DNA of 64,000 nucleotides. Source: Vicinamibacterales bacterium. GTDB taxonomy: Bacteria > Acidobacteriota > Vicinamibacteria > Vicinamibacterales > 2-12-FULL-66-21. The stretch is taken from contig DATBJJ010000002.1 in the NCBI GenBank assembly GCA_036556425.1, positions 1,521-65,520 of the forward strand. The letters are read 5' to 3'. Position 1 is the first letter of the stretch. Every line of letters starts with the position of its first letter. The notes beneath the pieces are model-generated. The model saw only the letters and a program-made list of their open reading frames with translations, made no database searches and had not been told where the DNA came from. Both the position numbers and the translations under genes were made by a program. Below, piece by piece: positions 55,274-64,000 of the stretch.

Positions 55274-57985
55274 ATGATCCTCCGAGGTCTCTTTCGCGCG
55301 CGTCGGCTGAACCAGGACCTTCGCGATCAGATCGACGCGCACCTCCAGGAAGCCACCGAGGAGTACATCCGGCAAGGAATGTCGCCCGACAACGCTCGCC
55401 GCGCGGCGCGGCTCGACTTCGGCAGCGTCGCCGCGTCGGAAGAAGCGTACCGCGACGTCGCCGGGCGCTGGCACGACGACCTGTCGAAGGACGTCGCGTA
55501 CGGGTTCCGCATTCTGCGCCGCAATCCCGGATTCGCGGCCGTGGCGATCTTCTCGCTCGCGCTGGGCATCGGCGCGAACAGCGCGATCTTCAGCATCATC
55601 AATGCGATGCTGCTGCGCCCGCGGCCGTTCGCGAATCCCGATCAGATCGTCGACCTGTTCACCGGCGACCGCGCCCATCCATACGAGACCACGTCGTATC
55701 CGAGCTACGTCGAGTTCCGCGAGCGCAACGGCGTGTTCACGGGACTCGCCGCCTATGGCATCAGGCAATTCAATCTTGGCGATGCCAATGAAGTGGAAGA
55801 GATCTGGGGAGAGGCCGTCTCCGCCAATTATTTCGACGTCATTGGCCTGCCGGCTGCCGTGGGAAGAACGTTCGCCGGTGACGAGGACGTCGTGCCTGGG
55901 AGGAACCCGGTCGTCGTGATCGGCCACGGGCTGTGGCGGCGGCGGTTCGATTCGGATCCGAACGTCATCGGCCGGCCAATCACGATCAACGGCCAGCAGT
56001 TGACGGTGATCGGCGTCGCTCCGGCGCATTACGCGGGGATCATCCGCGGCCTCGCCAGCGACGTCTGGGTGCCGACGACGATGATGCCGCTGCTCGAACC
56101 GGCGCGAGGGAAGGCGATCCTGACCCGCGGCAGCCGGTGGCTCGCGATGCTGGGCCGCCTCGCACCGGGAGTGACGCTGGAGCAGGCGAAAGCGCGATTC
56201 GATCTGCTCAGCCTGGAAATGCAGGCGGCGCATCCGCAGGAGTGGAAGTCGAAGCAACAATCGGGATCCATTCGCGAGCTGTTCGTGTCGGTGCTGCCCG
56301 AGCGCGACGCGCGAATCCTTCCGGATCTGCAAGGCGGTGCGTACGCGATGGCCGCGCTGCTCGCGGTCATCGTGAACATCGTGCTCGCCGTCGCGTGCAC
56401 GAACCTCGCGAACATGCTGCTCTCGCGCGCGGTCGTGCGGCGGAAGGAGATTGCCGTCCGGCTCGCGCTCGGCGCGGGCCGCTGGCGGATCGTACGGCAG
56501 CTCCTCGCGGAGAGCGTGTTGCTTTCGCTCATTGCCGGAGCGATCGGTATCGTCATTGCCGTCTGGTGGCTGGATCTGCTGCTGGCGCTCATGCCTTCGC
56601 TGCCAACCGGCATTCGCCCCGCGCTCGATCTGCAACTCGACTGGCGTGCCGTGATCTACACGTTCGCGTTCTCGATGGCGACCGGCGTGTTGTTCGGGCT
56701 CGCGCCGGCGCTCCAGAGCGCGCGCGCGGATGTCGCGTCGGTCTTGAAGGATGACGCGGTCGCGTTCGCCCGGAGCGTGCGCAAGTCGCGTGTCAGGGCG
56801 GCGTCGATCGTGGCGCAGGTCGCGTTTTCGCTGCTGCTGTTGATCGCCGCCGCGCTCGTCCTGCGAAGCCTGGACAAAGTGAGACCGGTGCGATTGGGTT
56901 ACACCACCGAGGAGGTCGTCGTCGCGTGGCTGCGGGCGGACGAGCCTCGCTACGACCGGCCGCGGATGCTCGCGTTCTACCGGGACCTCACCGAGCGCTT
57001 GTCCGCGCTGCCCGGCGTGCAAACCGTGACGCTGGTGGACGGCATGCCCGGTGGATTCTTCGGCGGATCGCGCCGGGGCACCGAGATCGAAGGATATCAA
57101 CCAGCTCCCGACGAGAGCCTGGAGATCGACAACGCCATCGTCGGTCCGAGCTACTTCGCGAACATGAGCGTGCCGATCGTGGAGGGGCGCGACTTCGACG
57201 CCCGCGATCGCGATGGCGCGCCGTGCGCCGCCGTCGTCAACGAAGCCTTCGGCCGGCGCTACTTCAGCGGGAGCGGCTCGCCGCTGGGCAAACATCTCGC
57301 GCAGTACGACTCGTCTGGAGCGAAACAGCCGTGCACGATCGTCGGCGTCGTCCGCGACGACCGCTGGCAGTCGCTCGAGGCGCGGGTGCGGCCGTTCTAC
57401 TGGCTGTCCGTGTACCAATCCAATCAGAGACGCATGTCGGTGTTCGTCCATACGGCGAGCGACGCGGCGAGCCGGATTGCGGAGGTCAGGCAGACGATTC
57501 GCGCGCTCGATCCGAACATGCCGTTGAACGACGTCGCCACGCTGCACCAGTTCTTCAACGCGTTCGTATATCCGTACCGTCTGCTGGGTATGGTATTCGG
57601 CGCGGCGGGTGTGATGGCGCTGGTGCTCGCGACGATTGGGATCTATGGAGTCGTGTCGTATGCGGCCGCCCAGCGGACCCGCGAGGTCGGCATCCGGATG
57701 GCCCTCGGCGCGCTGCGCCATCAGATTCTGCGCATGGTTCTTGGACAGGGTGTGACGCTCGTCGCGTGGGGCCTCGCGTTCGGCCTGGCGCTGAGCGCCG
57801 CATTGACGTGGATTCTTTCGAGCTCGCTCTTCGAAATCGAGCTGCTGTTCGGCGTGAGCGCGATCGACTCGCTCACGTTCGTGGGCGTGACGCTGCTGTT
57901 CTCGATCGTTTCGCTGATCGCGTGCTATGTGCCGGCGCTTCGCGCGACGAACGTCGATCCGATCGACGCGTTGCGCTACGAATGA
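55274..57985 (+). CDS. ADOP-family duplicated permease with N-terminal 'permease prefix' helix region (2 of 3)
   Basis: LDFGSVAASEEAYRD prefix, then FRILRRNPGFAAVAIFSLALGIGANSAIFSIINAMLLRP. Ends ...TNVDPIDALRYE. Confidence 0.88.
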   Translation: MILRGLFRARRLNQDLRDQIDAHLQEATEEYIRQGMSPDNARRAARLDFGSVAASEEAYRDVAGRWHDDLSKDVAYGFRILRRNPGFAAVAIFSLALGIGANSAIFSIINAMLLRPRPFANPDQIVDLFTGDRAHPYETTSYPSYVEFRERNGVFTGLAAYGIRQFNLGDANEVEEIWGEAVSANYFDVIGLPAAVGRTFAGDEDVVPGRNPVVVIGHGLWRRRFDSDPNVIGRPITINGQQLTVIGVAPAHYAGIIRGLASDVWVPTTMMPLLEPARGKAILTRGSRWLAMLGRLAPGVTLEQAKARFDLLSLEMQAAHPQEWKSKQQSGSIRELFVSVLPERDARILPDLQGGAYAMAALLAVIVNIVLAVACTNLANMLLSRAVVRRKEIAVRLALGAGRWRIVRQLLAESVLLSLIAGAIGIVIAVWWLDLLLALMPSLPTGIRPALDLQLDWRAVIYTFAFSMATGVLFGLAPALQSARADVASVLKDDAVAFARSVRKSRVRAASIVAQVAFSLLLLIAAALVLRSLDKVRPVRLGYTTEEVVVAWLRADEPRYDRPRMLAFYRDLTERLSALPGVQTVTLVDGMPGGFFGGSRRGTEIEGYQPAPDESLEIDNAIVGPSYFANMSVPIVEGRDFDARDRDGAPCAAVVNEAFGRRYFSGSGSPLGKHLAQYDSSGAKQPCTIVGVVRDDRWQSLEARVRPFYWLSVYQSNQRRMSVFVHTASDAASRIAEVRQTIRALDPNMPLNDVATLHQFFNAFVYPYRLLGMVFGAAGVMALVLATIGIYGVVSYAAAQRTREVGIRMALGALRHQILRMVLGQGVTLVAWGLAFGLALSAALTWILSSSLFEIELLFGVSAIDSLTFVGVTLLFSIVSLIACYVPALRATNVDPIDALRYE

Positions 57986-57986
57986 G

Positions 57987-60398
57987 TCAGTCGATCCGCA
58001 GCGCCACGATAGGGTCGACCTTCGCGGCGCGATGGGCCGGAAGCACGTTGGCGACGAGCGCCGCGGACGCGAGCGTCGCGACGGTCAGCACGAGCGACGC
58101 GAGATCGCGCGGCGTCACGCCGAACAACAATCCGGACATCGCGGGGGCGGAGAGAATTCCCACGGCGGTGCCGGCCGCGAGACCGGCGGCGGCGGGCGAC
58201 AGCCCTCCGCGCAGCATGAGACCAATCACGTCGCGGCGCGATGCGCCGAGCGCGACGCGAATGCCGATCTCCTTGGTCCGCGACGTCACCGCGAACGCCG
58301 AGACCGCGTAGACGCCCACGGCCGCCAGGAGGAGCGCGACGGCGGCAAACGCGCCCACGAGCTGCAGGTTGAATCGGCGCGCCGCGAGCGTGCCCTCCAT
58401 CCATTGATCCATGCTGCGCACGAACGATGCAGGAACCGCCGGATCGACCGCGCCAATCTCCCGGCGCACGGCCTGCGCCGCGCCGAGCGGCGCGCCGTCG
58501 GTCTGGACGACCCAATACATGTTGTTCGCCAGCCAGATGGTCGTCGGGTCCGGGACCTGCGCGATCGGCACGTACACTTCGATCGTGGCTTCGCGCTCGA
58601 GGCCAAAGTGCCGCACGTCGCCGACGATGCCGACGATCTGTACCTCGCGCGGCGTCTTCTGCCCATCGTCGAGACGCATGCGCGCGCCGAGCGGATCGCG
58701 CCCATCGAAGAACTGCCTGGCGAGCGTCTCGTTGATGATGGCGACCGGAGCCGAGTCGCTGCGATCGGTGGCGTCGAACGCGCGGCCGCGGCGCAGCGCG
58801 ATGCCCAGCGTCCGGAAATAGTCCGGACTGATCATCCGGTAGTGCGCCGCGGGCGCGTCCTTTGCGATCACGCCGTCCACGTAGAATCCCGCGGTCGCAA
58901 GATACCCGTTCATCGGCACGACATTTCCCGCGGCAACGGCGCGGACGCCGGAGAGCGACGCGATTCTCGGCTGCAGTTGGTCGTAGAAGTTCTCGATCGC
59001 CGCGCGATTGCCGTATCGCGCACGCGGCAGCGACAACCGGACGGTCAGCACGTGCGACGGCCGGAATCCTGGATCCACGGACTGGACGTGCTGAAAGCTT
59101 CGCGCGAGGAGCGCGGCCGTCATGAGCAGGACGGTCGAGAGCGCGACCTCGGCGAAGACGAGGACACCGCGAAGGCGATTGCCGCCGCCGCTCGACCCGC
59201 GCTCGCCTTGCTGCAGCGCATCGCGCAAGTCGCGGCGCGCCGCCTGCAGCGCCGGCACGATGCCGACGAGAACGCTCGTGCCGAGCGACACGATCAACGT
59301 GAAGAGGGCGACGCGGAGATCGATGCCGACCTCAGCCACGCGCGGCAGATTCGCCGGTCCCGTCGCGATGAGCGTTCCCATCAACGCGCGCGCGATGAGC
59401 AGCCCCAGCGCGCCGCCGAACACACCGAGCATCGTGGTTTCCGTCAGCAACTGCGTCACGATCCGGCCGCGCGAGGCGCCAAGCGCCGCGCGAACTGCGA
59501 GCTCTCGCCGGTACGCGGTGCCGCGAACGAGGAGCAGGTTCGCGATGTTCGCGCAGGCGACGAGCAGCACGAGCGCCACCGCACCGAGCAGCATCCACAG
59601 CATCGCCGCCGACCGTCCGCTGACGTCTTCGTGCAGCGCGACGACTCGAACCGCGGTGTCGGAACCGTGGGAATCCGGATGCTCGTCGCGAAGCCGTCTC
59701 CCGATCGCGGAGAGATCGTCCGCCGCCTGCGCGAGGGAGACTCCCGGTTTCAACCTGGCGATGACGCGCAGGAATCCCTGCGCGCGGTTGCTGCGCCGCA
59801 CGTCGGTGGCCGGCGAGTAGGGGACCACGATGTCGGCGTCGCGGACGAGCGTCACGAAGTCCGGCCGCAGGACGCCGACGATCGTGAACGTCTCGCCGTT
59901 CAGGACGATTGACTTTCCGACGGCGTCCGAGGCGCCGCCGAACCGCCGCTGCCACGTGCCGTGGCTGAGGAGCGCGACGGCACGCTGCTCGTCGTCTTCG
60001 CGCAGAGGGCGCCCGAGTGCGACGGGCGCGCCCGTTACGGCGAAGTAGTCGGCAGAGACGCGCATGCCGGAGAGGCGCTCCGCCTCGCCGCCGCCGGTGA
60101 CGTTCGCGCTCCATCCGAACATCGAGACGATGCCGTCCAACGTGCGATTGGATTCCTTGAAGTCTCCGACGTCCAGGAGCGAGAGGGGCTGGCGGTCGGT
60201 GCCGGGCCGCACGATTGTGAACGTGATCAAGCGATCCGGATCGGCGAACGGCAGCGGACGCAGGAGAATGCCGTTCACCAGCGCGAACATCGCGGTGTTG
60301 GCGCCGATGGCGAGGGCGAGCACCGCGGTCACGCAGAGCGCGAAGACCGGCTGCCGGCGCAGACGCCGAAGGGACTGCCGAAGCTCGAGGAATCGCAT
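57987..60398 (-). CDS. ADOP-family duplicated permease (3 of 3)
   Basis: MRFLELRQSLRRLRRQPVFALCVTAVLALAIGANTAMFALVNGILLRPL. Ends ...AKVDPIVALRID. The longer ORF start at 60449 is less likely. Confidence 0.88.
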   Translation of the reverse strand: MRFLELRQSLRRLRRQPVFALCVTAVLALAIGANTAMFALVNGILLRPLPFADPDRLITFTIVRPGTDRQPLSLLDVGDFKESNRTLDGIVSMFGWSANVTGGGEAERLSGMRVSADYFAVTGAPVALGRPLREDDEQRAVALLSHGTWQRRFGGASDAVGKSIVLNGETFTIVGVLRPDFVTLVRDADIVVPYSPATDVRRSNRAQGFLRVIARLKPGVSLAQAADDLSAIGRRLRDEHPDSHGSDTAVRVVALHEDVSGRSAAMLWMLLGAVALVLLVACANIANLLLVRGTAYRRELAVRAALGASRGRIVTQLLTETTMLGVFGGALGLLIARALMGTLIATGPANLPRVAEVGIDLRVALFTLIVSLGTSVLVGIVPALQAARRDLRDALQQGERGSSGGGNRLRGVLVFAEVALSTVLLMTAALLARSFQHVQSVDPGFRPSHVLTVRLSLPRARYGNRAAIENFYDQLQPRIASLSGVRAVAAGNVVPMNGYLATAGFYVDGVIAKDAPAAHYRMISPDYFRTLGIALRRGRAFDATDRSDSAPVAIINETLARQFFDGRDPLGARMRLDDGQKTPREVQIVGIVGDVRHFGLEREATIEVYVPIAQVPDPTTIWLANNMYWVVQTDGAPLGAAQAVRREIGAVDPAVPASFVRSMDQWMEGTLAARRFNLQLVGAFAAVALLLAAVGVYAVSAFAVTSRTKEIGIRVALGASRRDVIGLMLRGGLSPAAAGLAAGTAVGILSAPAMSGLLFGVTPRDLASLVLTVATLASAALVANVLPAHRAAKVDPIVALRID

Positions 60399-60444
60399 GA
60401 CCATCAGCGTACGGACCGTGCGCGGTATAATGAAGCTCATTGTT

Positions 60445-60461
60445 TTCATCCGAATGATGAA
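60445..60461. promoter_or_regulatory. Dyad TTCATC-N5-GATGAA plus TATAAT (60426-60431) in the AT-richer divergent region upstream of the LysR gene
   Basis: Read directly. It could be a LysR-type autoregulatory site. Confidence 0.35.
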
Positions 60462-60469
60462 GTGAGTTC

Positions 60470-61405
60470 ATGGATATCGACGTCCGGCATCTCCAGATGG
60501 TGGCCGCGATTGCCTCGGCGGGCGGCGTGACGCAGGCGGCAGGACACCTGCACCTGACGCAGTCGGCGGTGAGCCACCAGCTTCGCGGGATCGAGGAACG
60601 GCTCGGGACCGCGCTCTTCCTGCGCGTGGGGAAGCGCATGCTGTTGACGCCGGCCGGAGAGAAAGTGCTCGCCGCGGCGCGCCGCGTGCTCGACGACATC
60701 GAGCGCACCGAGGCGGACGTCCGGCGTCTGGGCGCCGGCGGCGCGGGCGTGCTTCGCGTGTGCGCGCAGTGCAACACGGGTTACCACTGGCTGCCGCCGC
60801 TCGTCGAAGCGTATCGGCGCAAGTATCCCGCGGTCGACGTCGCGCTGGCCGTCGAGTGTACGATGCGGCCCGTGGAATCGCTGCTCGAGGGCAAGCTCGA
60901 CGTCGCGATCGTCACGGCGGCCGTGCGGCGCGAGCACGTCCGCGTGCGCCCGCTCTTCGAGGACGAGCACGCGGCCATCGTCGCGCCCGATCACCCGTTC
61001 GCCACACGAGCGTTCGTGCGCCCCGAGGATCTGGCCGGCGAGCGGCTGCTCCTCTATTCGAGCTCGCCGGACGACAGCTTCACGCTGCAGACGATCCTGC
61101 GGCCCGCGGGCGTTACGGCACGCCGCGTGTCGTTCGTGATGCTGACGGAAGCAATTCTCGAGATGGTGAAGGCGCGCCTGGGCGTCAGCGTGATGCAGAC
61201 GTGGGCGATCGAGCCCGCGCTCGCCGCCGGCGACGTTCGCGCGGTCCCCATCACCGCCGCGGGCATCCGACGGCAATGGAGCGCTGCGACGTTGAAGGAA
61301 GCCGGCCGCGTGCCGCACGTCGACGCGTTCATCGATTTGCTCGCCGCCCGCGCGATGCCGGCACGTCAACGCCCCTTGTCGCGCCGCCGCACGAGACGAC
61401 GTTGA
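60470..61405 (+). CDS. LysR-family transcriptional regulator (MetR-like)
   Basis: HLQMVAAIASAGGVTQAAGHLHLTQSAVSHQLRGIEERLG HTH region, followed by a LysR substrate-binding domain. Confidence 0.9.
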   Translation: MDIDVRHLQMVAAIASAGGVTQAAGHLHLTQSAVSHQLRGIEERLGTALFLRVGKRMLLTPAGEKVLAAARRVLDDIERTEADVRRLGAGGAGVLRVCAQCNTGYHWLPPLVEAYRRKYPAVDVALAVECTMRPVESLLEGKLDVAIVTAAVRREHVRVRPLFEDEHAAIVAPDHPFATRAFVRPEDLAGERLLLYSSSPDDSFTLQTILRPAGVTARRVSFVMLTEAILEMVKARLGVSVMQTWAIEPALAAGDVRAVPITAAGIRRQWSAATLKEAGRVPHVDAFIDLLAARAMPARQRPLSRRRTRRR

Positions 61406-61463
61406 GCGCGGCGCGTACGGCGCGCGAGGGAAGCGCTGCGAAATCGCATCGATCCGACGTCGG

Positions 61464-62360
61464 CTACTTGACGCGCGTCAATCGGGTGCGGCTGTACACC
61501 TCGAATTCCTTCCCGGGCTCCGCGAGCTCGAAGATCTCTTCGAATTGGTCTGTTCCCGAGAACACATGCGTCTCGCGCGCGCGAAAGCCGGGCGGAATGT
61601 TCTCGATCGATTCGCTCGTGAAGACCAGACGATCCGGAGAATCGGCCGGCTCGAGCACGTACTGAGTGACGAAGCCTTCGGTGTGAAACTGCCTGAACAC
61701 GATTCGCTTTCGACCTCGGTCGAAGCCGAGGAAGCCGATGTCCTCGTGCGTCTCGCCTTTGGGGTTTTTCTCCTGCGGCGGATAGACACTGCGATTGCGC
61801 GCTTGAATGAAGCGGTCGCCAAGCACGCGTTCGTACGATCGTTCGACACGTCCCTTGCCCGGCTGTCCTTCGGACGTTCCCGTCCAGCGGCCGACGAGCC
61901 GCGCGACCGGTGCCAGCGAATCGCTTGAATTTGTCGGTTGAGCGCCGACACCGACACCCGCGTTCGGGAGAGCCGCAGCGAGGAGAAAGAAGATCGCGGT
62001 CGACGCCGGTCGCGTCGGCGGCGCGCCTTGCGGATATCGCTGCGTGACGAAGCCGACGATCGCTCCCACGAGCATCCCTGGGAGTACGATCTCGAAGTAG
62101 TGATCGCTCTGACCGATTGCGGCGAGCGAGCTGAGGACGAGGCCGATCAGGACGCCGGCGCCGATGCCGAGCGTCATCGAACGGCGCGCTCGCGCGATGA
62201 CGCCGGCGGCGAGTCCCGTGACGAGGCCTTTGACGGTCGACCCGAGGACGATCGTCAGCATCATCGAGCGCGCTTCCGGTGAGAACCAGGCCGAGCAGCC
62301 GTCCAGGAATCCCAGGACGGCTCCAACCGTGAGGCCGAGCATCGGCTTGCTCACAGACAT
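61464..62360 (-). CDS. Hypothetical membrane protein with C-terminal lipocalin/nitrobindin-like beta-barrel domain (tentative)
   Basis: About 5 TM helices, then LVGRWTGTSEGQ...ERSYERVLGDRFIQ...FLGFDRGRKRIVFRQFHTEGF... Confidence 0.6.
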   Translation of the reverse strand: MSVSKPMLGLTVGAVLGFLDGCSAWFSPEARSMMLTIVLGSTVKGLVTGLAAGVIARARRSMTLGIGAGVLIGLVLSSLAAIGQSDHYFEIVLPGMLVGAIVGFVTQRYPQGAPPTRPASTAIFFLLAAALPNAGVGVGAQPTNSSDSLAPVARLVGRWTGTSEGQPGKGRVERSYERVLGDRFIQARNRSVYPPQEKNPKGETHEDIGFLGFDRGRKRIVFRQFHTEGFVTQYVLEPADSPDRLVFTSESIENIPPGFRARETHVFSGTDQFEEIFELAEPGKEFEVYSRTRLTRVK

Positions 62361-62590
62361 CCCTCCCCGCGATCCCTATTACACACGCGAAGAGTCGTTT
62401 GTACGCCACTGATTACATCAGTCGTCCGACGTGAAGGACCGGCGCGCGTGTGCGGCTATACTCCAGCCGAGAGGGGTGACTGCATACGGGCGTTGATCGT
62501 CGCCTTCCGCCCCGCGGGAAAGAGCAAAGGATTCTCGTGCGTCGTGATTGCGACGCTCGCGGTCGCGACCGCCGCCAAGACGGCGACCGG

Positions 62591-63013
62591 CTACTTGGGA
62601 TTGCTCAACGAACGCGTATACGCAACGAGCGCCGCCATATCGTCGCCTTTGATTTGCGGGTGGCTCGGCATCAGCGGTTTGCCTTTCATCGCGCCGCCCA
62701 TTTGAATCACGTCCGTGATCTGCTTGTCGGTCAGCGTGCTCATGTACGCGCGATCGGTGTGATCGCGCGGCGGCGGCTTCATCACCCCGCCCGCGGGCCC
62801 GTCGCCCTTCCCGGTTTCACCGTGGCACGCGACGCAGTAGGTCTTGTAGACTCCGCGCCCTTTTTCGAGCATCGCAGCGGATACCGCCGGAGTGGCGGCC
62901 GCGCCAGGCGTACCGCTCGCCGCGTTGGGTGGCGCGGCCTGGGACGAGCACGCGGCGCCGCCGGCAAGGCCAAGGAAAACCACGAGGATTGAGATGCCGT
63001 TTGCAAGTTTCAT
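62591..63013 (-). CDS. Class I c-type cytochrome lipoprotein (possible independent translation unit nested in the longer ORF)
   Basis: Internal ATG 63013 with GGAG 5 nt upstream. Lipobox LAGGAAC, heme motif CVACH, distal Met region GKPLMPSHP. Confidence 0.65.
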   Translation of the reverse strand: MKLANGISILVVFLGLAGGAACSSQAAPPNAASGTPGAAATPAVSAAMLEKGRGVYKTYCVACHGETGKGDGPAGGVMKPPPRDHTDRAYMSTLTDKQITDVIQMGGAMKGKPLMPSHPQIKGDDMAALVAYTRSLSNPK

Positions 63014-64000
63014 TGGTACTCCGAACACGAGCGATCGTCTTTCGCTCGGCAGCGTGAATTTGATCACCGCGCCGATGACGGGCATCGCGATCCACAACGC
63101 GAGCGATGCGAGGAGGAGCGCCGCGGCGCCGGACGGCGCGAGGCGCGCCGTCAGGAATGCGCCCGCGGGACCCAGAAGATAGAGATCGGGCTCGAGCGCG
63201 AGGACGCCGAGCACTCGCGCGGCATCGACGGGATTGGCGACGAGCGACGCAGCCAGCCATCCGATCGGTAGTCCGCTGACCGCGAGTGACGACATCAGCA
63301 CCAGGTCGTACAGGAGCACGAACGCGAACCAGGTGAAGACGGCGGTGCCCTGCGACTGCGCGGCGGAACGGCTCGCGACCGAGATGAAGAGTCCCACGCC
63401 GGCGAGGGCAGCGCCCGCCAGGAGCGCGATCGCCGGAAACAGCAGGTAATGGCCGATGATGTCCGCGCCGGCGTGTGCCGCGATGAGCGCGCCGGCCGGA
63501 AGGAAACCTGCGAGCGTCGCGATCGACAATGCGATGAGCAGTCCCGCGTACTTCGCCAGCAGCAGGCCGGAGCGCGCAATCGGCTGCGCGAGAAGATAGT
63601 CCAGCGTTCCGCGCTCCTGTTCACCGGTGATGGAAGCGGCACCCATCAACACCGCGACGAGCGGAGCGAGCAGCAGACACAGATTCATCAGTGTCGCCGT
63701 GGTCCGCCCGAACGCCTGCAGCGCGAGGCCCGATGCGCTGTCGATGCCGACGGATGCCGCGGCGAGTCCGAGCACGGCCAGAAGCGACGCATACCCGATC
63801 AGCCATCGGCTGCTGATTGCGTCCGTGAGCTCTTTCGTGACGATCGGCAGGAGCGCGCCGCGACGGATCGGATCGGTCGGCGAGATCGATGCCTGCGAAT
63901 CGGCGGGTGCGATCGCTTCATCCGCGATGACGCGGCCGTCTTCGAGCACGACGCGGCGATGACCGGAGTCGAGGAGCTCCTGGCTCGCATGAGTTGACAC
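62591..64000 (-). CDS. Continuous ORF: ABC NBD C-terminus (window edge) - NosY-like ABC-2 permease - extra TM - cytochrome c domain; 5' end outside window
   Basis: STHASQELLDSGHRRVVLEDGRVIADE looks like the H-loop/C-terminus of an ABC ATPase. KELTDAISSRWLIGYASLLAVLGL... with 6 TM helices is NosY/ABC-2-like. No stop codon and no ATG/GTG/TTG at either junction. Confidence 0.6.
   Translation of the reverse strand: MSTHASQELLDSGHRRVVLEDGRVIADEAIAPADSQASISPTDPIRRGALLPIVTKELTDAISSRWLIGYASLLAVLGLAAASVGIDSASGLALQAFGRTTATLMNLCLLLAPLVAVLMGAASITGEQERGTLDYLLAQPIARSGLLLAKYAGLLIALSIATLAGFLPAGALIAAHAGADIIGHYLLFPAIALLAGAALAGVGLFISVASRSAAQSQGTAVFTWFAFVLLYDLVLMSSLAVSGLPIGWLAASLVANPVDAARVLGVLALEPDLYLLGPAGAFLTARLAPSGAAALLLASLALWIAMPVIGAVIKFTLPSERRSLVFGVPMKLANGISILVVFLGLAGGAACSSQAAPPNAASGTPGAAATPAVSAAMLEKGRGVYKTYCVACHGETGKGDGPAGGVMKPPPRDHTDRAYMSTLTDKQITDVIQMGGAMKGKPLMPSHPQIKGDDMAALVAYTRSLSNPK

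Noticed and set aside
60399-60449. Longer N-terminus (MKTMSFIIPRTVRTLMV...) for the third ADOP permease.
   Set aside because: It would leave only 20 bp for the divergent LysR promoter. The conserved ADOP N-terminus begins at MRFLELRQSLRRL (ATG 60398).
62448-62705. 85-aa plus-strand ORF in and beside the 3' end of the cytochrome c gene.
   Set aside because: It overlaps the well-supported cytochrome c coding region on the opposite strand. It has no RBS and no motif, and is probably spurious.

Overview
High-GC (by eye about two-thirds G+C, not computed), gene-dense chromosomal segment. The repertoire looks like an Acidobacteriota-type soil bacterium. It holds three ADOP-type duplicated FtsX/MacB-like permeases, a PSCyt1/DUF1549/DUF1553 + DUF1501 pair and many Tat-signal periplasmic enzymes. 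It also has a BlaI/BlaR1-like pair, a Ku/LigD NHEJ pair, a ZnuA/ZnuB-like metal importer and uxaC. Signalling genes are very dense: a TonB receptor-YfiR-hybrid kinase-response regulator operon at 16-22 kb, three more kinases, a receiver, an HPt protein and a sigma54 activator at 22-30.5 kb, and a FixL-type heme-PAS kinase at 47 kb. There are two tRNA-Arg genes (anticodons TCG and CCG). I saw no rRNA, CRISPR, transposase, integrase, phage or recognisable defence genes. The most unusual signal is non-coding. At least six intergenic loci are filled by arrays of tandem 7-nt (sometimes 8-nt) units arranged as two inverted arms, giving imperfect hairpins of up to about 130 nt per arm. They fall into three unit families: GACTNNC/GNNAGTC, AGGTGCM/KGCACCT, and CAGCTGA plus GGGAYCC. 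Two of these arrays end 4-7 nt upstream of the two tRNA-Arg genes, and one runs into the 5' end of a sugar-transferase ORF. I do not recognise them as REP/BIME, MITE or CRISPR. Other items worth a second look:
- a tight five-gene operon of unknown function (orphan ABC ATPase, PSCyt/DUF1553, DUF1501, NHL propeller, DUF1080)
- a response regulator with a four-Cys C-terminal module
- an in-frame ABC-NBD / NosY-like permease / cytochrome c ORF at the right edge
- a low-GC 0.57-kb insertion bracketed by 19-bp direct repeats next to a tRNA
- a structured, AT-richer ku/ligD divergent region
All calls rest on reading the translated ORFs and the sequence by eye. No database search was run.
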